This document shows positions 19,225-29,129 of a stretch of 55,105 nt of DNA, one piece after another. Under the pieces are notes generated by a model. The model was not told where the DNA came from. It did no database searches and saw only the letters and a program-made list of their open reading frames with translations. This DNA comes from a virus: the UHGV virus genome UHGV-0308106; one strand, written 5' to 3'. Each line of letters begins with the position of its first letter. The first letter of the stretch is position 1. A program made the position numbers and the translations under genes.

Positions 19225-19845
19225 ATGAACAGACCACACCCACCAGCGCATTTTACGATGCCACCTGACCCGAAGCCTTACATCAGCATAATGCCCGCCA
19301 TTGACGTTGGCGAGTGGCTGAATCAGCACATCCTGAGCGATGAGGGTGACCTCTACAACCCTGACCACCAGCATTTGCTTGAAGCGGATCTGTGCTTTCT
19401 CTGGGCGTCGAACACTTTCGAGAAGAAAGGGCGGTCCGTGCTGGGGCAGGCGGAAGAAGTGGCAATGCGGGCTGGAGGCTGGCAGAAAGCGCGGATGGAG
19501 CAGCAGATGTATGAATGGTTCGGCAGGGTGCCGCAGTTCATCATCACGCTGGCCGCCGATTACTGCTCGCAATGTTCCGATCTGGAATTCTGCGCGCTGA
19601 TAGAGCACGAGCTTTATCACATCTGCCAAGCGACAGATGAATTTGGTGTGCCGAAGTTCACGCAGGAAGGGCAGCCAAAGCTGAAGCTGCGCGGCCATGA
19701 CGTGGAAGAGTTTGTGGGCGTGGTTCGCCGTTACGGTGCGAGCCGTGATGTGCAGGAAATGATTGATGCGGCGAATCAGCCAGCGGAGGTTGCTCATCTC
19801 GATATTGCCAGAGCTTGCGGGACGTGCATGCTGCGACTGGCTTAA
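19225..19845 (+). CDS. HExxH motif protein (putative metallopeptidase)
   Basis: 206-aa ORF; CSQCSDLEFCALIEHELYHIC contains HELYH plus flanking Cys. Confidence 0.45.
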   Translation: MNRPHPPAHFTMPPDPKPYISIMPAIDVGEWLNQHILSDEGDLYNPDHQHLLEADLCFLWASNTFEKKGRSVLGQAEEVAMRAGGWQKARMEQQMYEWFGRVPQFIITLAADYCSQCSDLEFCALIEHELYHICQATDEFGVPKFTQEGQPKLKLRGHDVEEFVGVVRRYGASRDVQEMIDAANQPAEVAHLDIARACGTCMLRLA

Positions 19846-19875
19846 AACTGGACTGAATAAGACGAATGGTGATTT

Positions 19876-20349
19876 ATGGCTGCATTAAAACCTGATGTGA
19901 AAGCCTTCATCATTCAGTCGCTTGCGTGCTATGACACGCCGACGCAGGTGGTTGAGGCTGTCCAAAAAGAATTCGGGATCAAGATCACCCGCCAGCAGGC
20001 TGAATCTCACGACCCCACGAAGGCCAGCGGTAAGACGCTCGCCAAAAAGTGGATCGAGATGTTCCACGCTACGCGCGAACGGTTCCTGACCGAAACCAGC
20101 GACATTCCGATCGCGAACAAATCCTATCGCCTCCGCGTGCTTGACCGCATGGCAACCAAAACCGAGGGGATGAAAAACTTCTCCCTGACGGCGCAGCTGA
20201 TTGAACAGGCCGCGAAAGAGGTTGGCGACGCTTACACCAATAAGCTGAAGGTTGAAAGCACTGGCAAGGATGGCGGCCCGATCAAGACCGAGACGACCAA
20301 CCTCACCGCAGATCAGGCCGCAGAGATTTACCGCAAGATGATGGGGTGA
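19876..20349 (+). CDS. putative terminase small subunit
   Basis: 157-aa ORF upstream of large terminase; paralog at 37662-38135. Confidence 0.5.
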   Translation: MAALKPDVKAFIIQSLACYDTPTQVVEAVQKEFGIKITRQQAESHDPTKASGKTLAKKWIEMFHATRERFLTETSDIPIANKSYRLRVLDRMATKTEGMKNFSLTAQLIEQAAKEVGDAYTNKLKVESTGKDGGPIKTETTNLTADQAAEIYRKMMG

Positions 20350-20374
20350 TAGCCGCATGTTGCGGCTATGGATT

Positions 20375-20587
20375 CTAGGCTTGTTTTGGTCGAGTAATAC
20401 GGCCAAGAGCTTTAATTGCAGCGACTTTGACGTTGTGATTTAGATCCGAAGATAAATCAAGTAAGCGATTTACATGAGCTGGCGTTGCTGAAGCACTCTC
20501 GCCGAGAGCATAAATTGCAGACAATTTTACTTCGTTGTTAAGGTCGTTGGTTAATTCCAACAACTTAGCGCTAACTGCTGGTGTCAT
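20375..20587 (-). CDS. HEAT-repeat-like small protein (antisense moron)
   Basis: Two repeats DLNNEVKLSAIYALGE and DLNHNVKVAAIKALGR; GGAGG SD before ATG at 20587; AT-rich; track ORF extends to 20635 via TTG. Confidence 0.45.
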   Translation of the reverse strand: MTPAVSAKLLELTNDLNNEVKLSAIYALGESASATPAHVNRLLDLSSDLNHNVKVAAIKALGRITRPKQA

Positions 20588-20658
20588 AAAACCTCCTGTA
20601 ATTGGTACATAAACAATATCAACTTTGTTACGCAAAAACTCAATGCCTGGAATTGTTT

Positions 20659-22281
20659 ATGCCTCTGCCGTTTGAATTCGATTTCAGAAACCCTGATTAC
20701 CAGATGGTTTTTGAATGGCGGATGGAGCGCTTACAGCGCATTCGCCAGAACCCTGAAATGCTGCCAGCACTAAAGCAGTTTTACCGCACCAACCCGGCAC
20801 AGTTCATCATCGACTGGGGTATGACTACTGACCCGCGTAACATCGATTATGGCCTGCCGGTCACAATCCCTTTTCTGCTGTTCCCGAAACAGGAAGAGTG
20901 GATTCACTGGATCATTGAGCGGCGCGAACGACTGGAGAACGGCATCACCGAAAAGAGCCGCGAAATGGGGCTCAGTTGGACCGCGATCGGGCTGGCCTGC
21001 TCGCTTTGTCTCTTCAACAAAGAAATGGTTATCGGTTTCGGCTCCCGTAAAGAGGAATACGTCGACAGCACCGGTGACCCGAAGGCGCTGTTCTGGAAGG
21101 CGCGAAAGTTCGTGGAAACACTGCCCATCGAGTTTCGTGGTTCGTGGGACGAGAAGAAGCATGCGCCGTATATGCGCGTTGAGTTTCCAGATACTGGCGC
21201 GGTTATCAAAGGCGAGGCTGGCGACAATATCGGACGTGGTGACCGTACCACGCTCTACCTGGTGGATGAAGCTGCATTCCTCCAGCGTCCTCTGTTGATT
21301 GATGCGGCGCTGTCGCAAACCACCCGTTGCCGTATTGACCTGAGCTCGGTTAATGGCATGGCGAACCCGTTCGCGCAGAAGCGCCACGGCGGAAAAATAC
21401 CAGTATTCACGTTCCACTGGCGAGATGACCCGCGCAAGGATGAAGAGTGGTATCGCAGGGAGTGCGAGAAAATCGACAATCCGGTGGTGGTGGCGCAGGA
21501 ACTTGACCTGAACTACAGCGCATCTGCGGAAGGCGTCCTGATCCCGTCCGACTGGGTACAGGCTGCCGTCGACGCGCATATCAAACTTGGTATTCAGCCA
21601 ACGGGCAAGCGACTGGGCGCGATGGACGTCGCCGACGAAGGCCGGGACAAAAATGCCTTTTCGACCCGTCACGGCTTCCTTCTGGAGAACGTGCGTGAAT
21701 GGTCCGGCGTTGGCAGCGACATTTACCAGTCTGTTGAGAAGGTCTTCGGCTTTTGCGAACAGGACAACCTCGAAGAGTTTCGCTTCGACGAGGACGGCCT
21801 GGGTGCTGGCGTTCGCGGCGATGCGCGCGCCATCAACGAACTGCGTTACGCAGCGCGCCGACCGTCAATACTCGCCACACCGTTTCGTGGTAGCGGCGCG
21901 GTATTTGATCCGGACGATGAAGCGGTGCGCGGGGACAACGGACAGGCCGCACGCCTGAACAAGGACTTCTTCGCCAACGCCAAGGCCCAGAGCTGGTGGT
22001 GGCTACGCAAGCTTTTCCAGAACACCTATCGCGCCGTGGTTGAGGGCATGGCCTACAACCCGGACGAAATCATCTCAATCAGCAGCGCCATGGCGAGCAA
22101 AGACAAACTCATCATTGAGCTGTCGCAGCCGACCTACTCCATTAATGGCGTGGGGAAAATCGTTGTTGATAAACAGCCTGATGGCACCAAGTCGCCGAAC
22201 CTCGCCGACTCGGTGATGATCAGCTACGCGCCAATGAATTCAGCCCTGAACATCTGGGAGCTGCTAGGGAGACAGGCCTGA
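20659..22281 (+). CDS. terminase large subunit
   Basis: About 540-aa from ATG 20659; ATPase and nuclease-type motifs ([18 protein letters not shown]); followed by portal. Confidence 0.85.
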   Translation: MPLPFEFDFRNPDYQMVFEWRMERLQRIRQNPEMLPALKQFYRTNPAQFIIDWGMTTDPRNIDYGLPVTIPFLLFPKQEEWIHWIIERRERLENGITEKSREMGLSWTAIGLACSLCLFNKEMVIGFGSRKEEYVDSTGDPKALFWKARKFVETLPIEFRGSWDEKKHAPYMRVEFPDTGAVIKGEAGDNIGRGDRTTLYLVDEAAFLQRPLLIDAALSQTTRCRIDLSSVNGMANPFAQKRHGGKIPVFTFHWRDDPRKDEEWYRRECEKIDNPVVVAQELDLNYSASAEGVLIPSDWVQAAVDAHIKLGIQPTGKRLGAMDVADEGRDKNAFSTRHGFLLENVREWSGVGSDIYQSVEKVFGFCEQDNLEEFRFDEDGLGAGVRGDARAINELRYAARRPSILATPFRGSGAVFDPDDEAVRGDNGQAARLNKDFFANAKAQSWWWLRKLFQNTYRAVVEGMAYNPDEIISISSAMASKDKLIIELSQPTYSINGVGKIVVDKQPDGTKSPNLADSVMISYAPMNSALNIWELLGRQA

Positions 22282-23750
22282 TGGCACGAAACAAACAAGC
22301 CCTGCGGCGAACGGCACAGGCCACCGCTGACGGCTACGAGAACTTCGTCGCCCGCGTTGGGATGCAGACGCCTAACCAGCATTCAGCATCGACCTACCGG
22401 GCGAACTTCACCAGCCGCAACCGCATGCTGGTGGAATGGTCATATCGCGGTTCGTGGGTTATCGGTGAAGCGGTCGACGCTATCCCGGACGATATGACCC
22501 GAAAGGGCATTCGCATCACTTCGGAGATTGACGCCAAAGACCGTGGCACCCTCGAAGCGCAACTGGATGAGTTGCAGATCTGGGATGCGCTGAACGACGT
22601 GCTGAAATGGTCGCGCCTCTACGGCGGCGCGGTCGGCTTCATCATGATCGAGGGGCAAGCACCAATGACCCCGCTGCGACTCGAAACCATTGGCGAGGGC
22701 AAGTTTAAGGGCATTCTCCCGCTCGACCGCTGGATGATTAACCCGGTGCTGACACGCCGCATTAAAGAGATGGGGCCGGACCTCGGCAAGCCTGAGTTTT
22801 ACGACGTGGTGACCACCGCAACGGGCATTCCGGCCTGGCGCATCCATCACAGCCGCCTGATCCGCTTTGATGGCGTCACGCTGCCATTCCAGCAGAAGAT
22901 GACCGAAAACGAATGGGGAATGTCGGTTGTAGAGCGTATCTGGGATCGGCTTACTGCGTTCGATAGCGCTACTGTCGGCGCGGCGCAGCTGGTCTATAAA
23001 GCGCATCTGCGTACCTATAGCGTGGAGAAGTTGCGCGAGCTTATCGCGCTTGGAGGCCCGGCGTTCGAAGCGTTGCTGAAGAACATCGACCTGATCCGCC
23101 AGTTCCAGAGCAATGAAGGTATGACGCTCATGGACTCGCGGGATAAGTTCGAAACCCACCAGTACAGCTTTAGTGGTCTGGATGACATTCTTTCGCAGTT
23201 TGCTGAGCAGATCAGCGGTGCCGTTGGTATCCCGCTGGTACGCCTGTTCGGTCAATCCCCGAAAGGCTTCTCTACTGGTGATGCAGACCTCGCCAACTAT
23301 TACGACCGGGTGAGCTCATTGCAGGAGCGCCGCTTACGACTGCCGATGCGCCGGATACTGGACATTATGCACCGCTCGGAACTCGGAAAGCCGCTGCCGG
23401 ACGATTTCACGTTTGAGTTTAACCCGCTATGGCAAATGTCAGACGTTGACCGATCAACGGTGGCCGTAAACACCACCAACGCGATCAGTACCGCGCTGGG
23501 CGACGGATTGATGACGCGTAAGGCGGCGATGACCGACCTGCGCGAAAACTCTGACGTCACCGGCATCGGGGCATCCATTACCGACGAGGATATCGAGAAT
23601 GCCGAAGACGAAGCGCCGCCAGGCATCGGCGAACTTGGCGACAAACCGCCAGAGCCGCCAGGCGGAGATCCGATATCGAACGAGCCTACGGCAGATAGCG
23701 CGGGCGGTCGGGGATATCGTAAATGGGCGCTACGATGGTTCAAACGATAG
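22281..23750 (+). CDS. portal protein
   Basis: 489-aa ORF immediately after large terminase (ATGA overlap); acidic C-terminus. Confidence 0.8.
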   Translation: MARNKQALRRTAQATADGYENFVARVGMQTPNQHSASTYRANFTSRNRMLVEWSYRGSWVIGEAVDAIPDDMTRKGIRITSEIDAKDRGTLEAQLDELQIWDALNDVLKWSRLYGGAVGFIMIEGQAPMTPLRLETIGEGKFKGILPLDRWMINPVLTRRIKEMGPDLGKPEFYDVVTTATGIPAWRIHHSRLIRFDGVTLPFQQKMTENEWGMSVVERIWDRLTAFDSATVGAAQLVYKAHLRTYSVEKLRELIALGGPAFEALLKNIDLIRQFQSNEGMTLMDSRDKFETHQYSFSGLDDILSQFAEQISGAVGIPLVRLFGQSPKGFSTGDADLANYYDRVSSLQERRLRLPMRRILDIMHRSELGKPLPDDFTFEFNPLWQMSDVDRSTVAVNTTNAISTALGDGLMTRKAAMTDLRENSDVTGIGASITDEDIENAEDEAPPGIGELGDKPPEPPGGDPISNEPTADSAGGRGYRKWALRWFKR

Positions 23751-24372
23751 CGTCACCGAAATAATGGATGCGCTGGAGCGCTACAGCGAAATCATCACCC
23801 CCTGGGCGACTAAGGTTGCTGAGAGCTTCACCGCCGACATTGCGCGCCAGAATGAAAAGCAGTGGCGTCAGCACAGCCGGAACATCAGCGCAGAGCTGCG
23901 CAACATGGTTGACCGCGCCCCGGTAGGCCAGGTGATGAAATCCATCGTTGCCGAGCAAATTAAGTACATTAAATCGCTGCCTCTTGAGGCCGCCGATCGG
24001 GTGTATGACATTCAGAACAAAGCCATCGAGGCTGTTGTGACTGGTGGCCGCGCTGAGCCATTCGCGAAAGAGATAGCTGCGTCCGGTGACGTGTCACGCT
24101 CGCGAGCGAACCTTATCGCCCGTACCGAGCTTGGACGCGCAACCGGCGCGCTCGATCAGGCGCGTGCGCTGTCAATCGGCTCGAATGGTTATATCTGGCG
24201 TACAGCCGAAGATGGCGACGTCCGGCATTCTCATCGGGAGATGGAAGGTAAGTTTGTCGAATGGGGCCGACCTCCAACGCTTGACGGTATGACCGGTCAC
24301 GCTGGTGAGCTGCCGAACTGCCGCTGTTACAAAGAAATCGTCTTCCCCAACCCTCATTCTTATCTCGCCTGA
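23599..24372 (+). CDS. head morphogenesis protein (Mu F-like)
   Basis: C-terminal region with RTELGRA and GELPNCRCY; start ambiguous (23599 overlaps portal; alternative ATG 23764). Confidence 0.65.
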   Translation: MPKTKRRQASANLATNRQSRQAEIRYRTSLRQIARAVGDIVNGRYDGSNDSVTEIMDALERYSEIITPWATKVAESFTADIARQNEKQWRQHSRNISAELRNMVDRAPVGQVMKSIVAEQIKYIKSLPLEAADRVYDIQNKAIEAVVTGGRAEPFAKEIAASGDVSRSRANLIARTELGRATGALDQARALSIGSNGYIWRTAEDGDVRHSHREMEGKFVEWGRPPTLDGMTGHAGELPNCRCYKEIVFPNPHSYLA

Positions 24373-24386
24373 ATCGCAGGTAAACC

Positions 24387-25619
24387 ATGAAATATTTTTT
24401 CAATACCCGGCTGGGGGAAACCCGCTATCAGCTGGCTGACGGCTCGCTGTTGTGTAAAGACGTGCCGATAGGTCGAACGGGTAAGCAGCTCTACGGCGCT
24501 GCCGATCTGCCAAACCTCAAACCCGACAAGCTCGGTGAGATAGTCGTAACGCGTTCTCCTGAGCAGGTATTCCATCCGGCCACGCTCGCCTCATTCGAAG
24601 GGATGAGCATCACGATCCTGCATCCTGAAGATGAAAACGGGAATGTGCGGCTGGTAAATCCCGAGAACTGGAAAGAGCTTGCGGTCGGGCATTTTCAGAA
24701 CGTTCGGCGCGGGACTGGTGACCAGTCTGATTTGATGCTGGCAGACCTTATCGTCAAAGACGAAAGCGCCATTCAGCTTATCGAAGATGGTCTGCGCGAA
24801 GTGTCGTGCGGCTATGACGCGGAGTACGAGCAGACCGAGCCAGGTAAAGCCGAGCAGGTCGATATTACCGGAAACCATGTGGCTCTTGTCCCTAAAGGCA
24901 GAGCCGGAAATCGTTGTGCAATTGGAGACAGAGACACAATGGCAAATCAAAAGAAAAGCTGGTGGACCCGCATGCGCACGGCCATCAAAACGGGTGACGC
25001 TGACACCATGAACGAACTGCTGGACTCTGCGCCAGCGGCGGTAACGGGTGACGAAGGGGATCTGCCGAGCGGCGTTAACCTCAACATTAACCTTTCACCG
25101 CAGCAACCATTGCCGGACAAAAAGCCGGAAATGGGCGGAGATCCAACCGGCGACGGCGAGGACGATATCAAAACCTTGCTCAAAGCCCTGCTGGCTAAGC
25201 TCGAAGGAACTGCGACGGGCGATAACGACAATAAGCCTGACGAAAAAGACAAAAAAGATCCGACCGGCGACGGCGAGGACGACGAAGAGGAAACCACGAT
25301 TACCGGTGACTCTGCCTATCGTGCCGAGGTTATCGTCCCGGGTATCGATCTGAGCCGTAAGGTGAAACCGACCGCGTTCAAACGTGATGTGCTGGCTGCC
25401 GCTGACAAAACACTGGTTCGCCAGGTTGTCGGTGATGCGGATATCCGCAAATTGCCCAAGCAATCGGTAGATATGGCGTTTAACGCCGTGTCAGAGATTG
25501 CCAAAGGGCGAAACACCCGCAGCACCACGGGCGATGCACAACGTCCAAATATGGGCATGACCAGCATCGCTTCCCTGAACAAACAAAACGCCGACTTCTG
25601 GTCTAACCGCAAAGGATAA
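24387..25619 (+). CDS. scaffold/protease-like head protein (DUF2213-like)
   Basis: 410-aa ORF; acidic repeats DPTGDGEDD x2; C-terminus TTGDA...NADFWSNRKG. Confidence 0.5.
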   Translation: MKYFFNTRLGETRYQLADGSLLCKDVPIGRTGKQLYGAADLPNLKPDKLGEIVVTRSPEQVFHPATLASFEGMSITILHPEDENGNVRLVNPENWKELAVGHFQNVRRGTGDQSDLMLADLIVKDESAIQLIEDGLREVSCGYDAEYEQTEPGKAEQVDITGNHVALVPKGRAGNRCAIGDRDTMANQKKSWWTRMRTAIKTGDADTMNELLDSAPAAVTGDEGDLPSGVNLNINLSPQQPLPDKKPEMGGDPTGDGEDDIKTLLKALLAKLEGTATGDNDNKPDEKDKKDPTGDGEDDEEETTITGDSAYRAEVIVPGIDLSRKVKPTAFKRDVLAAADKTLVRQVVGDADIRKLPKQSVDMAFNAVSEIAKGRNTRSTTGDAQRPNMGMTSIASLNKQNADFWSNRKG

Positions 25620-25833
25620 TCCAATGACTGCATATCTGTACCTTATGCAACTAATATCTATTAATCAGTGCGTTATCGTTCGGAATCATACTGCGTTACT
25701 GGCCTGAACCATAAAAATGACACTCCGAACATGTGCGGATTTATTCGCCGGATTTCGCTTTGATTCGGTACGTGAGGGACTAGAGCGAGAATCATGCGCC
25801 GTTTGCATTACATGGTAGCCAGAGAGGTGTTGA

Positions 25834-27063
25834 ATGATTGTTAGGCCACTAACTAACGTCGAAGTGAAAAGCGCGAAGGCACAGGGCAAGGATTTCAGTT
25901 TGCACGATGGTTTCGGTTTGTTGCTTTACATCACAAGCCGGGGCGGTAAGTCATGGCGTTTTCGGTATGTACACCCGGTAACGAAGAAGAGACAAACCTA
26001 TACCATTGGAAGATACCCGGAGTTTACTTTGTCCGAAGCGAGGGAGGAACGTTCGAAACTGCGCCGTATGGTAGCGCGGGGGATAGATCCGAACGAAGTC
26101 AAAAAAGATACCAGGAATGAACAGCGTAAAATGTACGCGCAGTCATTTCAGGCCGTTGCCGATGAATGGCTAAAAATCAAGATTAAAGAAGGTGCGAGAA
26201 GCAACACGCTTGAATCGCACAATGTGACGTTGAAGCATCTTTCCACGATTTTTAGGCATACCACAGTACATAAAATAAACGCAGCCGATACTATTCAGGC
26301 TTTTAAACCTTTCAGGGAAAGGCCATCAACGCTTACGAAAATGGTTATTACCATCAACGCCATAATGGATTATGCGGTAAATATTGGGGTTATTGAGCAC
26401 AACCCACTATCGAAAATTGGTAAAGCATTCCCGGCTGAAAAAAACGAACCAAGAGCGACTTTACAGAAAGAGCGGTTGCCAGAATTTTTAAGCGCATGGA
26501 ACGAGTTGAGCTTATGGGAGCCATCAAAGCTGGCATTATTATTTCAGATCATTACGATGGTCCGACCTTCGGAAGCTGGCGGCGCTCTCTGGAATGAGAT
26601 TGATTTTGATAATTCAATCTGGCAAATCCCTGCAAGCCGGATGAAAGGAAAGCGCCCCCACGTAGTCCCATTATCGAGCCAGGCTATAAACGTGCTTAAA
26701 GAGGCCGAAAAGTGGAAGCGCTGCGATTATGTTTTCCCCTCATGGCGAAAAGAAAATAAGCCGATCTCACGATGTGCGACTCAGGCCGGAATACACAAAA
26801 CGTCGTTTAAAGGAATGATTGTTCCTCATGGGTTCAGGGCGTTGGCATCTACAGTTTTAAATGACGAGGGGTTCAACCCTGATGTGATTGAGGCTGCACT
26901 CGCTCACAAAAGCGCCGATGCGATTCGAAATGTTTATAACCGTAGCGACTATCTGGAAAAACGCCGGGTTTTAATGCAATGGTGGGGGGACTTTATCGAG
27001 GCCGCAGAGCGTGGAGAGATACTGGAGACCAGCGGCGATAAGGGCTTAAGGCTGGTTGTGTAG
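25834..27063 (+). CDS. int: tyrosine integrase (P4-type) of nested element
   Basis: 409-aa ORF; N-terminal arm-binding-like GKSWRFRYV; catalytic domain (HGFRALAST, AALAHKSADAIRNVYNR). Confidence 0.85.
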   Translation: MIVRPLTNVEVKSAKAQGKDFSLHDGFGLLLYITSRGGKSWRFRYVHPVTKKRQTYTIGRYPEFTLSEAREERSKLRRMVARGIDPNEVKKDTRNEQRKMYAQSFQAVADEWLKIKIKEGARSNTLESHNVTLKHLSTIFRHTTVHKINAADTIQAFKPFRERPSTLTKMVITINAIMDYAVNIGVIEHNPLSKIGKAFPAEKNEPRATLQKERLPEFLSAWNELSLWEPSKLALLFQIITMVRPSEAGGALWNEIDFDNSIWQIPASRMKGKRPHVVPLSSQAINVLKEAEKWKRCDYVFPSWRKENKPISRCATQAGIHKTSFKGMIVPHGFRALASTVLNDEGFNPDVIEAALAHKSADAIRNVYNRSDYLEKRRVLMQWWGDFIEAAERGEILETSGDKGLRLVV

Positions 27064-27104
27064 GGCATATCCATTTTTGGATAATTATGATTTCAAACGG
27101 GAAT

Positions 27105-27129
27105 AGCTGGCTTTAAGCCAGCTTTTTTT
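27105..27129 (+). terminator. intrinsic terminator after integrase
   Basis: agctggc-tttaa-gccagct hairpin followed by tttttt. Confidence 0.55.
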
Positions 27130-27206
27130 ATGCCCAAAGCTAACCGGAATGCGTTTTTTTTTATTCAAATCATATATAATCATATCGAATATATACGGAG
27201 GTTTTT

Positions 27207-27419
27207 ATGTCTATAAGTGGCGGTGATATTCTGCTAAAAGGTGAAGTGAAAGCGCGTTTACGTTATCGCTCAGACTCGTCATTCTACGAGTTTCTAAAAG
27301 ACGAGAAAAACGGCTTTCCAATGCCTTTTAAAGTCGGTGGGCGTAACTGCTGGTATGAAGATGAAGTAGATGCCTGGATAAGTAAACAAAGCGAGAAGCG
27401 CGGGATCTGCACATCATGA
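27207..27419 (+). CDS. AlpA-family transcriptional regulator
   Basis: 70-aa ORF; GGAGG SD; short HTH protein (FPMPFKVGGRNCWYEDEVDAWI) adjacent to integrase. Confidence 0.65.
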   Translation: MSISGGDILLKGEVKARLRYRSDSSFYEFLKDEKNGFPMPFKVGGRNCWYEDEVDAWISKQSEKRGICTS

Positions 27420-27558
27420 ATGTTTGCAGATTTGGGAAAGAGGGCTTGCTAACGGCTATCCGGGCAAGCCCTTTTTATTGTCAGTGGTGGGGATCTGTAA
27501 CTTACGGCCACCAGCGCCGGTAATCACCTTCTGGCTGGTGGCTTCACTGGCATGGCTA

Positions 27559-27918
27559 TTACGCTGCCGCATCATCTGAATTGAATTCAATGTGAATTCG
27601 GTCATAAGGCAGCACGATTTTTTCGCCGTCTTTGTCCAGAACGCCGCCGTTAAGCAGTGACTGAACATCGTTATAAACACCGCGAAAATCACGGTTAACA
27701 ATGCGTGATAGTTCGCGGATTGATACGGCTTGCGCTCCCTCCATCGCTTTGATGATCTGCCAGCGGTTAGGGGCAAGCATAGTTTTAGCCAGTTGTTCTA
27801 CAGTGGGAAAAATCAGTTCGGAACCGATGAAATCCCCGTTCATTGCGCGGGAGGCGTCGGACATTGCCACCCGGAAAGCATCATCAACGGTCATTACTCT
27901 GACGGTCAGCACTCGCAT
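27559..27918 (-). CDS. winged-HTH protein (antitoxin/regulator-like)
   Basis: 119-aa ORF, GGAGG SD, 4-bp gap after upstream 93-aa gene; HTH-like AVSIRELSRIVNRDFRGVYNDV. Confidence 0.5.
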   Translation of the reverse strand: MRVLTVRVMTVDDAFRVAMSDASRAMNGDFIGSELIFPTVEQLAKTMLAPNRWQIIKAMEGAQAVSIRELSRIVNRDFRGVYNDVQSLLNGGVLDKDGEKIVLPYDRIHIEFNSDDAAA

Positions 27919-27922
27919 GGTA

Positions 27923-28204
27923 TTACCTCCTCAACAGGTTTATGTCAGCCTGAAAGCTGGCGATCAGGTTCTCAATGGTGGTGAATGTCACCGGATATTC
28001 CCGATCATGGATGTGTTTGTGGTCGCCTTTGCCACGTTCGTTGTCGTAACGCATGACGCACTCGCCATCTACGATGTAGGCCAGACTGTACTTGTATTGG
28101 TGCTGGCTACCTAAAATTGCCGGGTCTACTTCCAGAATGCGGATCGAGGCGAAAGCGTTATCAGCTATCTGGATACGGCGGTTCATCAACTCAACAGCGG
28201 GCAT
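27923..28204 (-). CDS. small protein (toxin-like partner, family not recognised)
   Basis: 93-aa ORF, AAGGAG SD, operator palindromes immediately upstream. Confidence 0.45.
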   Translation of the reverse strand: MPAVELMNRRIQIADNAFASIRILEVDPAILGSQHQYKYSLAYIVDGECVMRYDNERGKGDHKHIHDREYPVTFTTIENLIASFQADINLLRR

Positions 28205-28220
28205 TGGCTTATCTCCTTGT

Positions 28221-28270
28221 TGATGTAAATAATAACATCACAAACGAATGATGTAAATGATTACATCATT
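28221..28270. promoter_or_regulatory. inverted-repeat operators upstream of two-gene cassette
   Basis: tgatgt-aaataata-acatca (28221-28240) and aatgatgtaa-atga-ttacatcatt (28247-28270). Confidence 0.45.
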
Positions 28271-28412
28271 GCGGGTAAGTTACCGATGGCATGAACGGTT
28301 CGCTGCTGGTGGCTCTCGATCTCCTGAAAGCTCAGGATATTGCCGGGCATGATTTTAATCGGCGGACTTTTCGGCCGATTGAATACGGGCAGTTCGCTCC
28401 CTGTGTATCGGC

Positions 28413-28552
28413 TTCGTTTCTGGATGATTCGCGTTTCGTTTCTGGTGAATTCGCATTCGCAATTTGTCCGCGAAGCCTTATCAGGCCTGATTTGAGCGGT
28501 GCTCTCTCTTTGCGAATTCGCAGTTCCATTTCGCACTTTGATTCGCAGTTTT
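28413..28552. repeat. cluster of palindromic GAATTCGC/GATTCGC motifs
   Basis: Tandem 20-mers ttcgtttctggatgattcgc (28413-28432) and ttcgtttctggtgaattcgc (28435-28454); further gcgaattcgca and gattcgca copies to 28552; overlapping ORFs look non-coding. Confidence 0.4.
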
Positions 28553-28713
28553 CAAATGTTCCCATTCCGGGGACACGGACGATTAGACAGGTGTTACAAA
28601 CGTTGGTGGTGAAATATCTTCTTGCGCTGGCGGGCACGGTGTGGTTATGATTATTTCGCACCTCACAAAACGGGTGCCGGGCGTGAGAACCCGGATAAGG
28701 TCAAAGGCGACAA

Positions 28714-28737
28714 CAGACGCCTATCGCGTCTTTTTTT
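28714..28737 (+). terminator. intrinsic terminator in leader upstream of icd-like gene
   Basis: agacgc-ctatc-gcgtct stem followed by tttttttt. Confidence 0.4.
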
Positions 28738-28931
28738 TGTCGCAATGTCAGTACCCCCATATGTAGCGGCGCAGATCCGCGCACAGAATCAATGGTGGCT
28801 CTGGCAGGGCAGCTTTCGGGCTGGCCGGTTCCCTTTGACGCCGGTATTCTCACCCCTGTCAGTGTCACCACCCTTTAGAGCGTGAGAACTCAGGTGGTGG
28901 CTCCTTAAATTAGTCAAAGGAGATCATCATC

Positions 28932-29129
28932 ATGATGACTATCCCTACCCTCGCTCAAACAAAATTCACCTGGCGCTTTCTCGCGCTGAATCGCCACGAT
29001 AAAAAAGCCAAACCTTGCCGTCTGTCCGTTGAGGCTGCGACCGAACGCGAAGCCCGCCGCATCCTTGCGCCGCACTTTATTTTGTCTCTGGCCGCACGTC
29101 TGCCAGTGCCGGAGGTGCGTCATGTTTAA
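28932..29129 (+). CDS. Icd-like small protein (P4 family)
   Basis: 65-aa; KFTWRFLALNRHD...RLSVEAATEREARRILAPHFILSLAARLP resembles Icd/Ash proteins as recalled. Confidence 0.45.
   Translation: MMTIPTLAQTKFTWRFLALNRHDKKAKPCRLSVEAATEREARRILAPHFILSLAARLPVPEVRHV

Noticed and set aside
20770-23255. Long antisense ORFs (300 aa and 271 aa) within large terminase and portal genes
   Set aside because: Opposite strand of genes with clear terminase and portal features; no independent start signals.
27456-27776. 106-aa minus-strand ORF overlapping the 119-aa winged-HTH gene
   Set aside because: Alternative frame of the same region; the 119-aa frame has the Shine-Dalgarno sequence and HTH-like sequence.
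28291-28885. ORFs of 87-119 aa across the repeat-rich leader
   Set aside because: Overlap palindromic repeats and a terminator and have implausible composition; region treated as regulatory or RNA-coding.
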